Position numbers and translations under genes: made by a program
Assembly: GCF_024521635.1 (NCBI RefSeq)
Contig: NW_026250407.1
Location: forward strand, 1,178,001 to 1,242,000
Source: Tricharina praecox
Taxonomy: Eukaryota
DNA length: 64,000 nucleotides
Reading direction: 5' to 3'
Part shown: one piece after another, positions 49,413 through 62,089 of the stretch
Layout of the letters: every line of letters starts with the position of its first letter
Position numbering within the stretch: the stretch's first letter is position 1
Notes under the pieces: generated by a model
What the model was told of the DNA's origin: nothing
Seen by the model: the letters and a program-made list of their open reading frames with translations, nothing else
The model's database searches: none

Positions 49413-52136
49413 TGCTCGTGAGGTGGTGGGGGTGGATAGCATCGTCGTGGTATTATGAGTGTCGTAATGATGGGACGAAAGCCGTGGCTAATGCTGGTGG
49501 TCGTGGTCGTGCTGGTGATTTGGGAGTGGATTGTTGAATTGAATTGAACAGCGAGCAGCCGTCGTGGCCGGAAGTGGCGACTACATGTACTGGAAACTGT
49601 ATATACCCGCAAACGCGCGTGGTGGGGTGACAATCGTGGGTCCTGGTCCTGGTCCCTTGTCCCTCCTTCCTCCGCACTGCTTATATGCAAAGTGCAGAGC
49701 TGCGATTCCGGCCGGCCATGGCAGGTGCATTTTCTGCATAGGTACCTACTCTACATACGCGGTTGCGGTGCTTACGACGGTAGGTACTATCTTTAGTAGC
49801 CCTTGTGTCGGACTCCGTCCGCTCGTCAGAATATCTTTTGCTGCAGCCTGCTCGAGTCGCTGCTGATTGTGCTGGTTGTGCTAGTGCTGTCCTGTGCGAT
49901 CGGATCATGTATGTCTGAGCTGCACATGGAGATGGCCTTCGATAGGTGCATCTGACATTTTATATAGAGAATCGATAAGATTGAGAGGTAGACCTCTAGA
50001 GTATTCCTGCCATTGCCCGGCGCTCCGTCGAAGGAGATTTTGAAGTCTTCTCTGCTCAGTGTTGCCTTCCATCACCATCATGGCCGGCGGACCACGGCAG
50101 AATTGATCATCCGAGCAGCGTACGGTGGGGGACCTTCCTTCACGGGGAGAGACGAGGCGTCGAAGCCACGTCCTTGAATTCAGGTGCGGGAAGACTAGTC
50201 TCCCATCGTGCTAACGAATGATCACCTAGCTTCATTTTAAACGCTTGGATAGATTGATGCTGCGATGTGGAGTGTGGAGCTCCAAGGGCCAAATTCCAAT
50301 AGTCGCTTATTGGGGGTGGCTTGGGTCTGCGAGGCTGGAATCTGGAGGCTGGAATCTGGATCCCTCTTGATCGAGCTGGTGCTCAACTGGCGGCAGCGGT
50401 AGTTGCGATGGCTCAGAAGATAGAAAAATGTGCACTCGTCGTCGCAGGTTTTGATTTAGCTAACCGCTGCTGCGGCTGTGGTCGTGATCATTAGACGGAC
50501 ACATAAGTGCACTTCCTTTCGAAAGACTTGGGCTTCAGAAATTTATCGTGATCTGGTCGTGAGGCATGGACACGATTTTTCGCCTTCCGTTCAGAGTCCC
50601 AAGTCCAGATTATTCCACGGACGGTCCAGGTCCAGGACGACTCGGATTACACTTCAATTTACACCCGAACCTTCAACTAATAACCATCCCTCACTACTAG
50701 TATCACTCCAGCCAATTTCCACGGCACGAATATATCATATCATATCATATTCGCAGTACCTATGTAGAGTATTTCTAAATTCTCCGGCCAGCGGCGAGAA
50801 GAGAAGTCCACTGTGAGCGCGTCCGTAGGGCTAGCATACTCCAACTACTCTAACCACCCTCCATACTCTATATACGCACCGAATGTGGGACGACCTGGGC
50901 CGATCTCAGGCCACAGGCCAACAAGCGCGGGGCGCTGACTACCATCATAATAGGTAGAGCACCTCCGCCCATCCTTCCGGTGAACGTATTGTGTCGCGGA
51001 AAAATCATGAGACGCCCCCTCTCCCCTCTCCCCGAAACGCACAGTATATTTTCCCCGGTGACTACATACATTGGCATCGCTCGTCGATCTCGGTTAACTA
51101 CTAGTAATAACTACAAGTCAAGATTGGCGCCCGCACTTACCTCTGACGCGTGATATCACCGCATGTGTACATACTCTACATACATCTTACATACATAGGA
51201 GGCTGGAGTAAGAGCTCGAGTGCTCGAGGGGCGGGAAGTGCTGGTACAGACTACTTACTCTACAGACTTACTCTACAGTGGAGATTCACGAATCACGGTT
51301 TCAGCTTGGTGTGTTGAAGGTAAGGTGGTGGTGGTGGGCTCATCGGACTGACGTGGTTTCCAAGAGAGAGAACATTTTATTGTCCTAGATATCTAGATTA
51401 TGGCAACCTCGAATCCGACCTTTCCTGCCAGCTCCGTGGGGTTAGGTAGCAAGGAAGTAACGTGTTTTCCGTGCGCCGGCACGCATGAAACGTCGGGTGA
51501 TAAGATACCTATGATTTGCTGTGCTGCGTAGAAACCCAACTCCAAACCGTAGCGGCGTGGAATCACTTCTCGCCATTCATAAAAGTACATTCCACCGAGC
51601 AAATACCATCCCTCGGAGGAATACGGTACATAAGTAAATGTTCACCAGCTCCCCCTTAGGCCAGTCCTTGCATGATTGTCAGTGCAGCAGCAGCAGCACG
51701 AACTACAGCGCCGGTAACCGCTAACTATTACGAAACACTCGAGTGTCGAGAAGTTGCACGAAAAAGTCGGGGAAGTGGTAGGAAATCGATAATCACGTTG
51801 TTGCGGGAGGAGGAAGAGGAGGAGGAGGAGAAGGGTGGGGCCTGGGGGAGCTTGACTGGGGGATGGTTTTACGAGTGAGGGTCCCCATACCAGCACACAA
51901 TTGTGCTGTTGACCAGCTACGTGATTACGAAGTGACAATACTTCAACTCACAGCCACCAGTGAACGTATCACACTCTCACACACACTCACTCGCAAGAAC
52001 ATTCCAACGCCCCTGGACCAAGCGTGAAAGATACGCGAAACATCATCACAGTAACTCATTAAGCATAGCATACATATCTTGTCCAGCTCATTTACATCTC
52101 AAATCCCCTCATGATCAAAAGTGCGTCATCAAGTCA

Positions 52137-54016
52137 TCATACCACATCCCTTCTTCCCGCACCATCAGTAGGCTCCGTAGCCACCGCCGTCTTTTCCCCC
52201 TGCGCCTTTTCCCCCTGCGCCGCCGCCTCATCCGCCGGCTGCTCCACCTTCCCGCCGTCGAAAAAGTCCGTCTCCGTAATCTCCGTATCATGAACACGTA
52301 TCCATATGACGGGGACAGCGAACAGCATTCCGGCGATGCACAATCCCCACGACGTGCCAAAGAGGACTCTGTAGGGCACGTGCGAGCCATCGAGGCCCCA
52401 GACCACCGCTGCGCCTGCGGATTGGATTCCCTTATTTTCATTAGCCCTACTGGCGACAGAGGAGGGGGTGGTGATGATGGGGGGGGAAGGGTACCTTGTA
52501 AAAACCAGCGAAATACGCCAGCTTCCTCGGATCGTTCGAGAGCGCGCCCATGAGCCAGTAGGCATACGTCTGCCAGGTGGCATCGAGGACTCCATAAAAC
52601 ACGTAGAGCAGACAGTACCACGTGAAGTCACTGTCGTAGATATCCATTCCGCGGAACCAGGTTGCGGCCAGGTCCGGGCTCGGCGGACGGGAGATGCCCA
52701 GCTCGGCTTTGAGGCCGCCGCCCCAGATCGAGAGGACTAGGACGAAGAGGAGCGTCCACCCCGCGATTGCCCGGTGGCGCCGCGTCAGCGACTGGTTGTC
52801 CAGGAACCAGCCGAAGAGGAGCGAGCCGATGATCTGCGCGAGCCAGTACCAGAGCCCCGTGAAGGCGCGCGAGCGCGTGTTGAACATGTAGAGGTTGTAG
52901 CAGCTTTGTTGGTACGTATAGAACCTGTTTCGTCAGCTTGGGCTGTATGGACTGGAGGAAAAGAGATAAGAACCAGTTACTGGCCCAGAAGAAGGGAAAG
53001 AGCAGTAGGATGTATGGGTCGGTATACAACGTCTCCCATAGTCCTTTCATCTCAGACTTGATTGAGGGATGCTGAACCCGCTGTACTCGCGTGCCATCTT
53101 TACGGATGATATGCTGTGGAGGAACGAGGAACCATGAGAGGATAGCGCCGCAGGCCATGAGGACTAAGAAGCCTATGTAAGTGCCATCGTTGACGGCCTT
53201 ATTATCCGTCGTGTTCCAATTATTGGCGAGGGGAACTTGAAGCAGTCGTCAGTATCCTACTCGCATTAAGGTACATACAAGGGGGTACACACTGATAGAC
53301 CCGATAACCGCGCCGAGGTTAAAAATCCCCCAGAACAGTCCAATATACCTTCCCTTCTCATTCTCCGTCGGATACGACATCATGACGGTTCCCTGGGCGG
53401 TCCACAGAAAGCCCGCACAGACACCCAACAGCGCGCCTGCAAAGATGACGAAGCCATCGTTCTTCGTGTGGTTGTAGCACAGATACGACGCCGAATACAC
53501 GCAGTACCCGAAGCCGCCGAGTGCCAACGTCAGCTTGGCGCCGAAATAGTTCAGGAATGTTCCCGCTGTGAACCCGAACACCGCAAATGTCGTGTATAAA
53601 GCCGTGTTGGCGTGCGAGTTGATCGTCGAATCGAGTTGGCCGCCGCCGCCGATGCTGATAAAGGGTTAGTTGCTGCGAGTGACGAGTAACACGGAGAGTT
53701 GGGGATACCCGTTCAGCGCATTGAACATTCCTATACATTACTGTCAGCCTGCGGCGGGAGGTGCTAGGGAAGAGTTGACGGGGAATACCAGGGCAGAGGA
53801 AACAGACGAAACCCGTTAGTATAACTGTGAGAGAGGACAATGTAAGCCACTATTCAATTCACTCATGAGGCGTCGTAGGAGGATCGGCGAACCCTGAGCG
53901 ATTGGAGAACGCCATGGCGGAAGAGTGACAGGGCCGATCTTGATCCCGCTGCCTCTGTGAATGGTAGGCTCCCCGTCGTCCACCATGGCCGCCTCCTCTG
54001 CTGCTAGGCCGGACAT
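52137..54016 (-). CDS. UNC-93-like (DUF895) MFS transporter, multi-exon
   Basis: WRSPIAQ, GFVCFLCPG|MFNAL, LWTAQG..MMSYP, FW.IFNLGAVIG, FNTRSRA, AYWLMGALSND, AGFYK|GIQSAG. Confidence 0.9.
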
Positions 54017-55044
54017 TGTTGATGCTACAGATGATTTGCCGCGCCGAATGTTTGTCCGATAGTATGTGTGGATCCCTCAGATGGCCGTTTGGTCGTGTGT
54101 TCGCTTGATCGTCTTGTTCCCACGAGACACGAGACAGAAAGTGGACGGGAAGCGGGGGAGAAGTCGGGGGAAGCAGACGTGACCAAAAGCAGTAGCCATT
54201 ATATTTATATCGACCAGGACGATCCATGTGCCAATGAAACGGTGAAACCCGCGGTCCCTTGACTGTGAACACAATCGAGTACGAGCCTCGACGACCGGCA
54301 CTTGTAGTACGAACGGGCCTGCCTGCCCGGGTGGGAAGTGGTGCCGGAATCCACCGCTATCAGCCAATCACCTAGTGGCAAGACAGAAATCTCGAAGGAC
54401 GAAACATCTGTGGATTACCGTTATTTTTGCAGACATGGGTTGCTGCAGCTGCTGCAGCGGAGGGTTGATACGAGCTCGGCGTAGCGCACTACGCTTATTT
54501 GCGGCAGGTGGGGCGAGGTGAGGGACAAGCTTCGCAGTTGGCCGTGGTTCAGTGGCATGCGCGCTCGGCAGCGTCAGACACCACTACGGTTGGGGAAGGA
54601 ATGTATTCTGGTATGTAACTATGGGGACTTTGTGTGTGGGATGCCGCAGACCATACGGACCACCATCGCCATGCGGACAGGGCGCCCGGATAGCGGCGGA
54701 TTAGTTATCATGCGACCAGATAGAGTATCAAACCGGTATCTAGGAACATAACGAAGTATGTATACCAGGCATGGATACTCTAGAGTGGATACAGCATTCC
54801 TACAGGTAGCAGATCTCTGGTCGTGTGCGCTGGTTATCTATCGGTTGGCCGAGCTTCTCCTTCCTCTCTTGCCGGAATCCCTCGTCTTCCTGAAATATCC
54901 GCGGCTCCTCTGTCGCCGCTGGTTCCGATTCACAGAGTCGAGAGGCGGCAACTCGAACGGCAGATGCGCACAACGTGCGACGCTGAATTCATGCAACCCG
55001 CCCCGCCAGTCCACTGTCTAGTACACGTCCTTCCCCTCCTTTCC

Positions 55045-56600
55045 CTACAACTTGGCGAAAGCCGGCACGACTTCGCCGTTCTCGACGAGTACACTTTTGT
55101 TCTTGACGAACTGTCGGAGGGCTTCAGCGCCGTTTTCGAATCCGACGCCGGAGTAGCCCCAGCCTCCTACCGGCATCTGCGCGGGGCTCTCGCCCCACGT
55201 GTTGATCCAGCAGATTCCCGCGTGCACCTCGGCCATCACTTTGTGCGCCATGTTCAGGTCCCTGGTGAACACTCCTGCGGCGAGGCCCAGCTCGGTATCG
55301 TTGGCTCGAGCGATCGCTTCCTCCACGCTCGAGAACCGAAGCAGACACGCTACTGGCCCGAAGATCTCCTCGCGGACGATCCGCATCGTGTCGTTGCAGT
55401 CGGTAAAGACCGTGGGGGTGATGTAGTAGCCGCTCGTGAACGGCGCTCTGAGGGATGATGGCTTCTCGACGCCGCCGAGCAGTAGTGTTGCCTTATCCTC
55501 GTTGATGCCGTGGCGGATGTAGTTCAGCACCTTTTCGTAATGCTGCTTCGACACGACGGGACCAAAGTTGACGTCCCTATCCATGGGATCACCGGCGCGC
55601 ACACCCGTCTTCACCTTGTGCACCAGCAGCCTTTCGAACCGATCGAATATGTCTGCATGAACGAAGACGCGGGTGCCGTTAGTGCAGACCTGACCCGAGG
55701 AGGCGAAATTAGCGGTGACGCAGGCGTCTACCGCGGCATCGAGATCGGCGTCAGGGAGCACGATGAACGGTGACTTCCCGCCTAGCTCCAGCGTCACCAG
55801 CTTGAGCGTCTTTGCCGCGGCTGTGTATACCGCAATCCCGGTGGACGGCTGGCCGGTGAACGAGACCTTGGCGACTCGCGGATCGGCGCAGAGCACCGCG
55901 CCGACGCTGCCCAGGCCGTGCACGAGGTTGAACACCCCCGGTGGTAATCCAGCCTCCGTCAGGATCTGCGCGAGGATGTAGGCGCTGAGGGGGGTCACTT
56001 CCGATGGCTTGAAGATAAAGGTGTTGCCGGCTGCGAGCGCGGGGGCACATTTCCAGAGGGCACTGCTGCCGGTTAGCCCTTCACTTGCGATTGCGGCTGG
56101 AGAAAGGTGGAGGAGAGCTACATTTGGATCGGATAGTTCCACGCTCCGATGCCTACACAGACGCCCAGTGGCTCTTTCCGTGTGTAAACCCACGCCGACT
56201 CACGGAGCTGGATAGTCTTGCCCTCTCCCATAGCCATGCCCAGGCCGGCCATGTACTCCAGAACGTCCGCGCCGGTGGCAACATCCACGGTCGACGTCTC
56301 GAAGAACGCTTTCCCGGTGTCCAGCGTCTCGACTTTTGCGATGAGGTCGTTGCGGCTGCGGAGGAGAGCCACGGCTCGGAGGAGGATGCGGGAGCGCTCG
56401 ATCGGTGGTGTTTTGGACCATGTCTTGAAGGCTGAGAGAGAGGTGCTTATGGCCAGATCGATGTCTTCCGGCGTGGCGGTGTAGACCTGCGCTATGGGCG
56501 TGCCGGTCGAGGGATTGTATGTGGTGAATGTCTCGCTACCTGACCGGTGAGGCCGGCCGTTGATGTAGTGTTTCTGATGTGTGAAGGTGAATTCGGACAT
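55045..56600 (-). CDS. Betaine aldehyde dehydrogenase (ALDH9/BetB-like); one intron at about 56063-56121
   Basis: GIGAWNYPIQ, FKPSEVTP, FTG, LELGGKSP, SSGQVCTNGTR (catalytic Cys), EEIFGP, WINTWG; C-terminal AKL; divergent from choline oxidase. Confidence 0.92.
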
Positions 56601-57452
56601 TGCAGGCACAGCGGGAACTGGAATTGGATCGAGGAGGGTTACGAGAGAAAAACAGGAGGAGAGGAGATGTATCGTAGACTCGGACAGCCACGCAGCAGCG
56701 GCTATCAGCGGAAATCCGCAATATCATCTCTTCTCAGATATGTTGTGCACACTGCACACGAGCAAACATTGCGCGTCATAGCGTCTCACCCCGGACAGCC
56801 ATCCATCGGCCAAGGCTGGGCCTAGTCCTGAATTGGCGCTCGAGTCCCTAACCTGCATGTCAACATGACGCTATGGACTTGGACCGTCAATCGCTATCTA
56901 AATGCGACGGAGAAAACAGCTTCACTCGAGCTTCAAGCATGCTGTAAATTGACCGGTCAGCCATCTCGGCAGGCTGATCCCGATGGAGATTGCTGCTGTA
57001 TGTACAACTACGGCACAGGTGGAGAAAGTTGCACCTTTGGATGTGCGGAGACATCGGAAGGAGAAAGTGTCCGGAGAACCATGCTGCCGGCCATCCACAG
57101 CACCTCTTGGCCTGCCTTGGAGCCATACAAACAGTGTATGCCTGCCGTGCGCTTTGCCTCGGCCTTGTCTGCCGCGAGAGCCCTGTGCATGCCGGCAGCG
57201 GGCATCTGGGCGGGTTCGAAATATCCCGTCGCAAGTCATGGATACACTTCCTCCCAACTGCGTCCCTGGCACGATAATGCCACATCGAAGCTCTGCTCAT
57301 TTCTATCACCTGTCTTGAAGTTGTCACCATACAGCCTTCATTCCTTCAGGCTATAGCTTTCTGTATCAGTCGACGGCTCCAGTTATCGGTACAAATATCA
57401 GCACAGCTCTGAGCTCGAGCTCCCCCATTGCTCTCCCAGCCAACCGTAAAAC
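56601..57452. promoter_or_regulatory. Bidirectional promoter of the BADH/choline oxidase pair
   Basis: About 850 bp between divergent start codons; near-palindrome GCGGAAATCCGC at 56708-56719. Confidence 0.65.
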
Positions 57453-59238
57453 ATGACGACCAACATCCTCCCGCAAGACTACCGCCCAGATTTCATTATT
57501 GTTGGGTAATGGCTTCACGCCGCTTCGTTTGTCTGCCGTTGCTGACCGGTATCTGTTTGTGAATAGAGGCGGCACAGCTGGCTGTGTTGTTGCCTCCAGG
57601 CTTTCCTCATATCTCCCGCACAAGCAAGTCCTACTCGTCGAGGCGGGCCCTTCCGATTATAACGACCAGAAAGTGCTGCAGTTGAAAGACTGGCTGGCAC
57701 TTCTAGGAGACACTAATTATGACTACGACTACCCCACCACCGAGCAAGCGATGGGTAAGCGTTTTTATCCAGCATATTGGACGTGAGCTTCCAACTCATC
57801 CGTGTCACAGGAAACTCGCACATCCGCCATTCTCGGGCGAAGATCCTGGGCGGCTGCAGCTCCCACAACACCTTGATATCCTATCGACCGTTCGAGCGGG
57901 ATCTGAAGGGGTGGGAGCAGATGGGAGCAACAGGCTGGGACTTTGCCACCGTCCAGCGCTGCATCGACCAGCTTCGGTGCACAATCCAGCCCGTGCACAC
58001 TATGCATCGGAACAAGTTCGTAAAGGATTGGGTACGATCATGCTCGAAGGCCCTCGATATACCGATCATCGAAGACTTCAACAAGACTATTCGCCGAGAA
58101 GGCGGGTTCTCCGAGGGTGTCGGTTTCTTCTCAGTTTCCTACAACCCCGAGGATGGAAAGCGGAGCTCTGCGAGTGTGGCGTATATCCACCCCATCATCA
58201 GCGGCGAAGAGAAGCGGCCCAACCTCATCGTCCTCACGGAAGCGTGGGTCTCCCGTCTCAACCTGTCCTCGCAGGGTGCGGAAAAGCGGGCAGAGAGCAT
58301 CAATCTCACGCTCAAATCCGGCCAGAAATTGCGGTTATCCGCGAAGGATGAAATAATCCTCTGCGCCGGCGCCATCGATACGCCCCGACTCCTGCTTCTT
58401 TCCGGAATCGGCCCGGCGGACCAGCTCAGATCGCTCGGCATAAACGTACAACACGATCTCCCCGGAGTTGGCGAGAACCTTCTGGACCACCCAGAGAGCA
58501 TCATAATCTGGGAGCTGAACGAGTCCATGCCGACCGAAACCACGATGGACTCCGATGCCGGCATCTTTCTCGACCGCGATGGCGACGGCATCGCCGACAT
58601 CATGATGCACACGTACCAGATCCCGTTCTGCATCAACACCTCTCGCTTGGGCTACGAGGCGCCGCTGCACGCATTCTGCATGACGCCCAACATCCCGCGG
58701 CCAAAGTCAATCGGCCGAATGTGGCTCACCTCCGCCGACCCGGCGGTCAAGCCGGCCCTCGACTTCCGCTACTTTACCGATCCGGAGGGCTACGATGCGA
58801 AGACGCTTGTCGACGGCTTTAGAGCCGCTAGAAAGGTCGCCGAAACGGAACCGTTCAGGTCGTATCTGAAGCGCGAGATTGCCCCCGGGCTAGAGGTGCA
58901 GAGCGATGAGGCGCTGAGCGAGTATGGGCGCAAGGTCGCGCATACTGTGTACCATCCGGCGGGAACAACAAAGATGGGGGATATACGCAATGACAGGCTG
59001 GCTGTCGTCGCCCCGGATCTGAAAATGAACGGCGTAAGGGGTGTCAGGATTGCGGATGCGGGAGTGTTCCCGGCGATGGTTACTATCAAGTGAGTTTGTG
59101 GCTCCCCGCCAAATACGAAATGAAGTTAATCTAGATATGCACAGTCCAATGTTGACAGTTTTGGCGATTGGAGAAAGGGTGGCGGAGCTGCTGGCGGAAG
59201 AACAGGGCTGGAGGCGCGAGCTGAAGTCGAAGCTGTGA
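57453..59238 (+). CDS. codA: Choline oxidase (GMC oxidoreductase); 4 exons
   Basis: DFIIVG|GGTAG FAD-binding motif, GNSHIRHSRAKILGGCSSHN (flavinylation His), GENLLDHPES, HTVYHPAGT, TIN|PMLTV; C-terminal SKL. Confidence 0.94.
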
Positions 59239-60526
59239 TTGGTGCACATTTTGGATATGGTGTGACTTATGGGCATCTAGAGGAGGCGTTGGGTGGTTAT
59301 ATCAGTGTATTCTGAGTATATAGAGTGTACAAGTATGTAAGCAAGTATAAATCGTGAATGTATACGGTAGACATATAGGCTGTTGGAGATATGTAGGTTC
59401 ATCGAATTCCTTCTGCCTGCTCTAGAACACCCACTCAGTCAGCCAGCATCTACGTGGTCAGATCGTTAAGCTATAGATGCCAAAAGAAGCTTAATCGAAG
59501 CTACGGGGAGCATACAGAAAGTTTGGTGCATAATCAGCTTTTGTCGAGGAGCTTTGTTTTGAAAAATTTGAGATTTCATCGAACCTCACTCGGTAGACGC
59601 TAAACGGCAGGTATCTTCACTCTCTCTGTCCGTTGCGCGCCGTGTAGGAGGGTCGTCATAGTCCAGAAAGGCCGTATGCAACAATAATTGATGTTCTCTC
59701 TCTCTCTCTCTCCCGTGCGTTGCGCCGGGAATGCCGACAGGATTATGCACAGGAAGTGTGTTTGGTTAGGTATTCCACATCGCCATGGCCTAGATAGGCT
59801 GCATGCGATTAGTGAAGAAGCAAAAAAAAGCAAAAAAACTGTACGTTATGCCGTTGCCCGTGGCCCGACGATGCCACGATGGGCCCTAAATTTTGCACAT
59901 GGCCGTTGTCGTGGTAAGCGAACATGAGCCATCGCAGACAGATCTCGAAGCCTGAAGGGTCCCCATCGAATCTGCAACCCGAGTCCCTGAAGCGGTGGAT
60001 TCTAGGCTGTGGAGTAAGCAGCGTGCTGGTGGCTGTGCCTTCTACGGAAGAAAGGTTAGCGGGGACGGAAGGACGATGACGGCAAAGCCAGAGTTCACCG
60101 GCCGGATAAACGCCTCGTCGGTCAAGATCGGAGCGGACAGGTGTGGCTGACAGGCTGATTAATCTATGACGCTTACAGCATCGGCCAATCACGGGGCGGA
60201 GAAATGGGATTTGGAACGGGAACCAAGGTTGTGGGCGATCCCTAACGATCGAATTTCGCGCCAAACCGCGAAAGCAAAAATTTCTTGTCTTTCCCGAGCC
60301 TGGGCTGGCACTGGCTCACCCACCCACCACCCACACCGTCCCGGAGGAGCGAACGAGAGATTTTATTTATTGAACGTCTTTCCCCCGGCAAAGACACACT
60401 TCTTCTCCTTCTCACCCATCACACTCTCCCAACTCATACAAGCTCTCCCCACAACCTCCACCTTCAACCCCCACGAACTTCCTTCTTCACACTATCACTA
60501 CTCCCCCAAACACCACATCTATCACA

Positions 60527-61135
60527 ATGGGTTTCGCTGAGGGTACGTTTCATTCCCCCACTGCCGTCGCCGGCGCTATTCTTCCGTTTTTCTTTTTCCG
60601 CTGCGGTGTCGACGGCGGCGATCACTGTGGGGGACAGCGGCGGCAGCACAGACTTCACGATGTTGAGTCTATTCCGTTTGCTCGCTCGCCGCTCTCCCAC
60701 GCAGTCGCCGTTCGGTCCGCACTGCAAACCCCGCTGGACACATAGTTGACAGTGTCTCCCCCAGGCAACACCACCAAGGGCGCCAAGCTCTTCAAGACCC
60801 GCTGCGAGCAGTGCCACACCGTCGACGCCGGTGGATCGAGCAAGACCGGACCCGCTCTCCACGGCCTCTTTGGACGCAAGTCCGGCCAGGTTGAGGGCTA
60901 CTCGTACACCGACGCCAACAAGCAGAAGGGTGTTGAGTGGAACGAGAACACCTTGGTACGAAGCCTTTCCCCTATCGAAGATGTGCCTTGAACCTTGTTT
61001 CTAACTGTAGTATAGTTCGAGTACCTCGAGAACCCCAAGAAGTACATTCCCGGTACTAAGATGGCTTTTGGAGGTCTGAAGAAGGCCAACGACCGCAACG
61101 ACCTGATCTCCTACCTCAAGGAGGCCACCAAATAA
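60527..61135 (+). CDS. CYC1: Cytochrome c; exons 60527-60542, 60765-60955, 61016-61135
   Basis: [13 protein letters not shown] (CxxCH), [28 protein letters not shown]. Confidence 0.98.
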
Positions 61136-62089
61136 GCGGTTTCGTTCGTCTGTTCGTTCGCACGAGTGCCTTCTTTCCGAATACCCGTCCTACCTACCTA
61201 CCTCCACCACCACCACCACCACCACCACCACCACCACATCTACCTCCATCTTCCATCCACCACCTACCACCTACTTGATCTAGCGTTTCCTTTCCCTATT
61301 TCTTTTTCCTTTTCTTTCCATAGACCACTCCACTCGATCGAACAACTTTGTAACTGTACTATAAACAAAATTAGAACTGGCGCGCTGAGGCGGGAAAGGA
61401 AGGGAAGGGTTTGCTTGCTGCTTGGTCTGTTCTGGTCTTATGAATTGCGCGGGACAGCGCGGGGCGAAGGGGCTGGGCGGGATTCGGTATTCTACTTACT
61501 AGATTCTTCTACCATTTTCTTTTCTTCTAAAGCTCCTTCATAATATCTGTGCACTGCGCAGTGTGCCCCATGTATAAATATGTAGCTATTTCCATTCGGC
61601 ATTTTGCTTGGGAAGTAGCGATGTCGCTTGTGACGTGACGCTTTATCTTGCCTTGGCCGGGAGAATGCTCTCCCTTCCATCGCCCCACCGGCTGAATAGG
61701 AATTTGAGAACTCAATGCATAACGTCATTTCCCCGGTCGTGCGAAACGGATGATCTGGTCTCTTTTTGGGACAAGGGTTGTGACGAGGCCGGAGCCGCAG
61801 CGGCGTGACTACCAACGGGACGAGTGATTCACTGTGGGTGGTAATCTTTGGGTCTGTCTTCCGAGGAATTAGGGACTTCGGATGATTACTTGCAGTGTTC
61901 TTTGCTTGTCTACTATGATAGATACTTGGTAGGTAGATGATGCGGGACATGAATGAAGTGAAACCTAAAACCCTAAAACGCCATTACTATATTGACACTC
62001 TTACGTTCTTACGTTCTTTACACGATGCTGCTGCGAGTGTGACAGCAGTCCAGTGAGTCAGTGATGCTCTCTCCTCTATCCTCCTCCTG

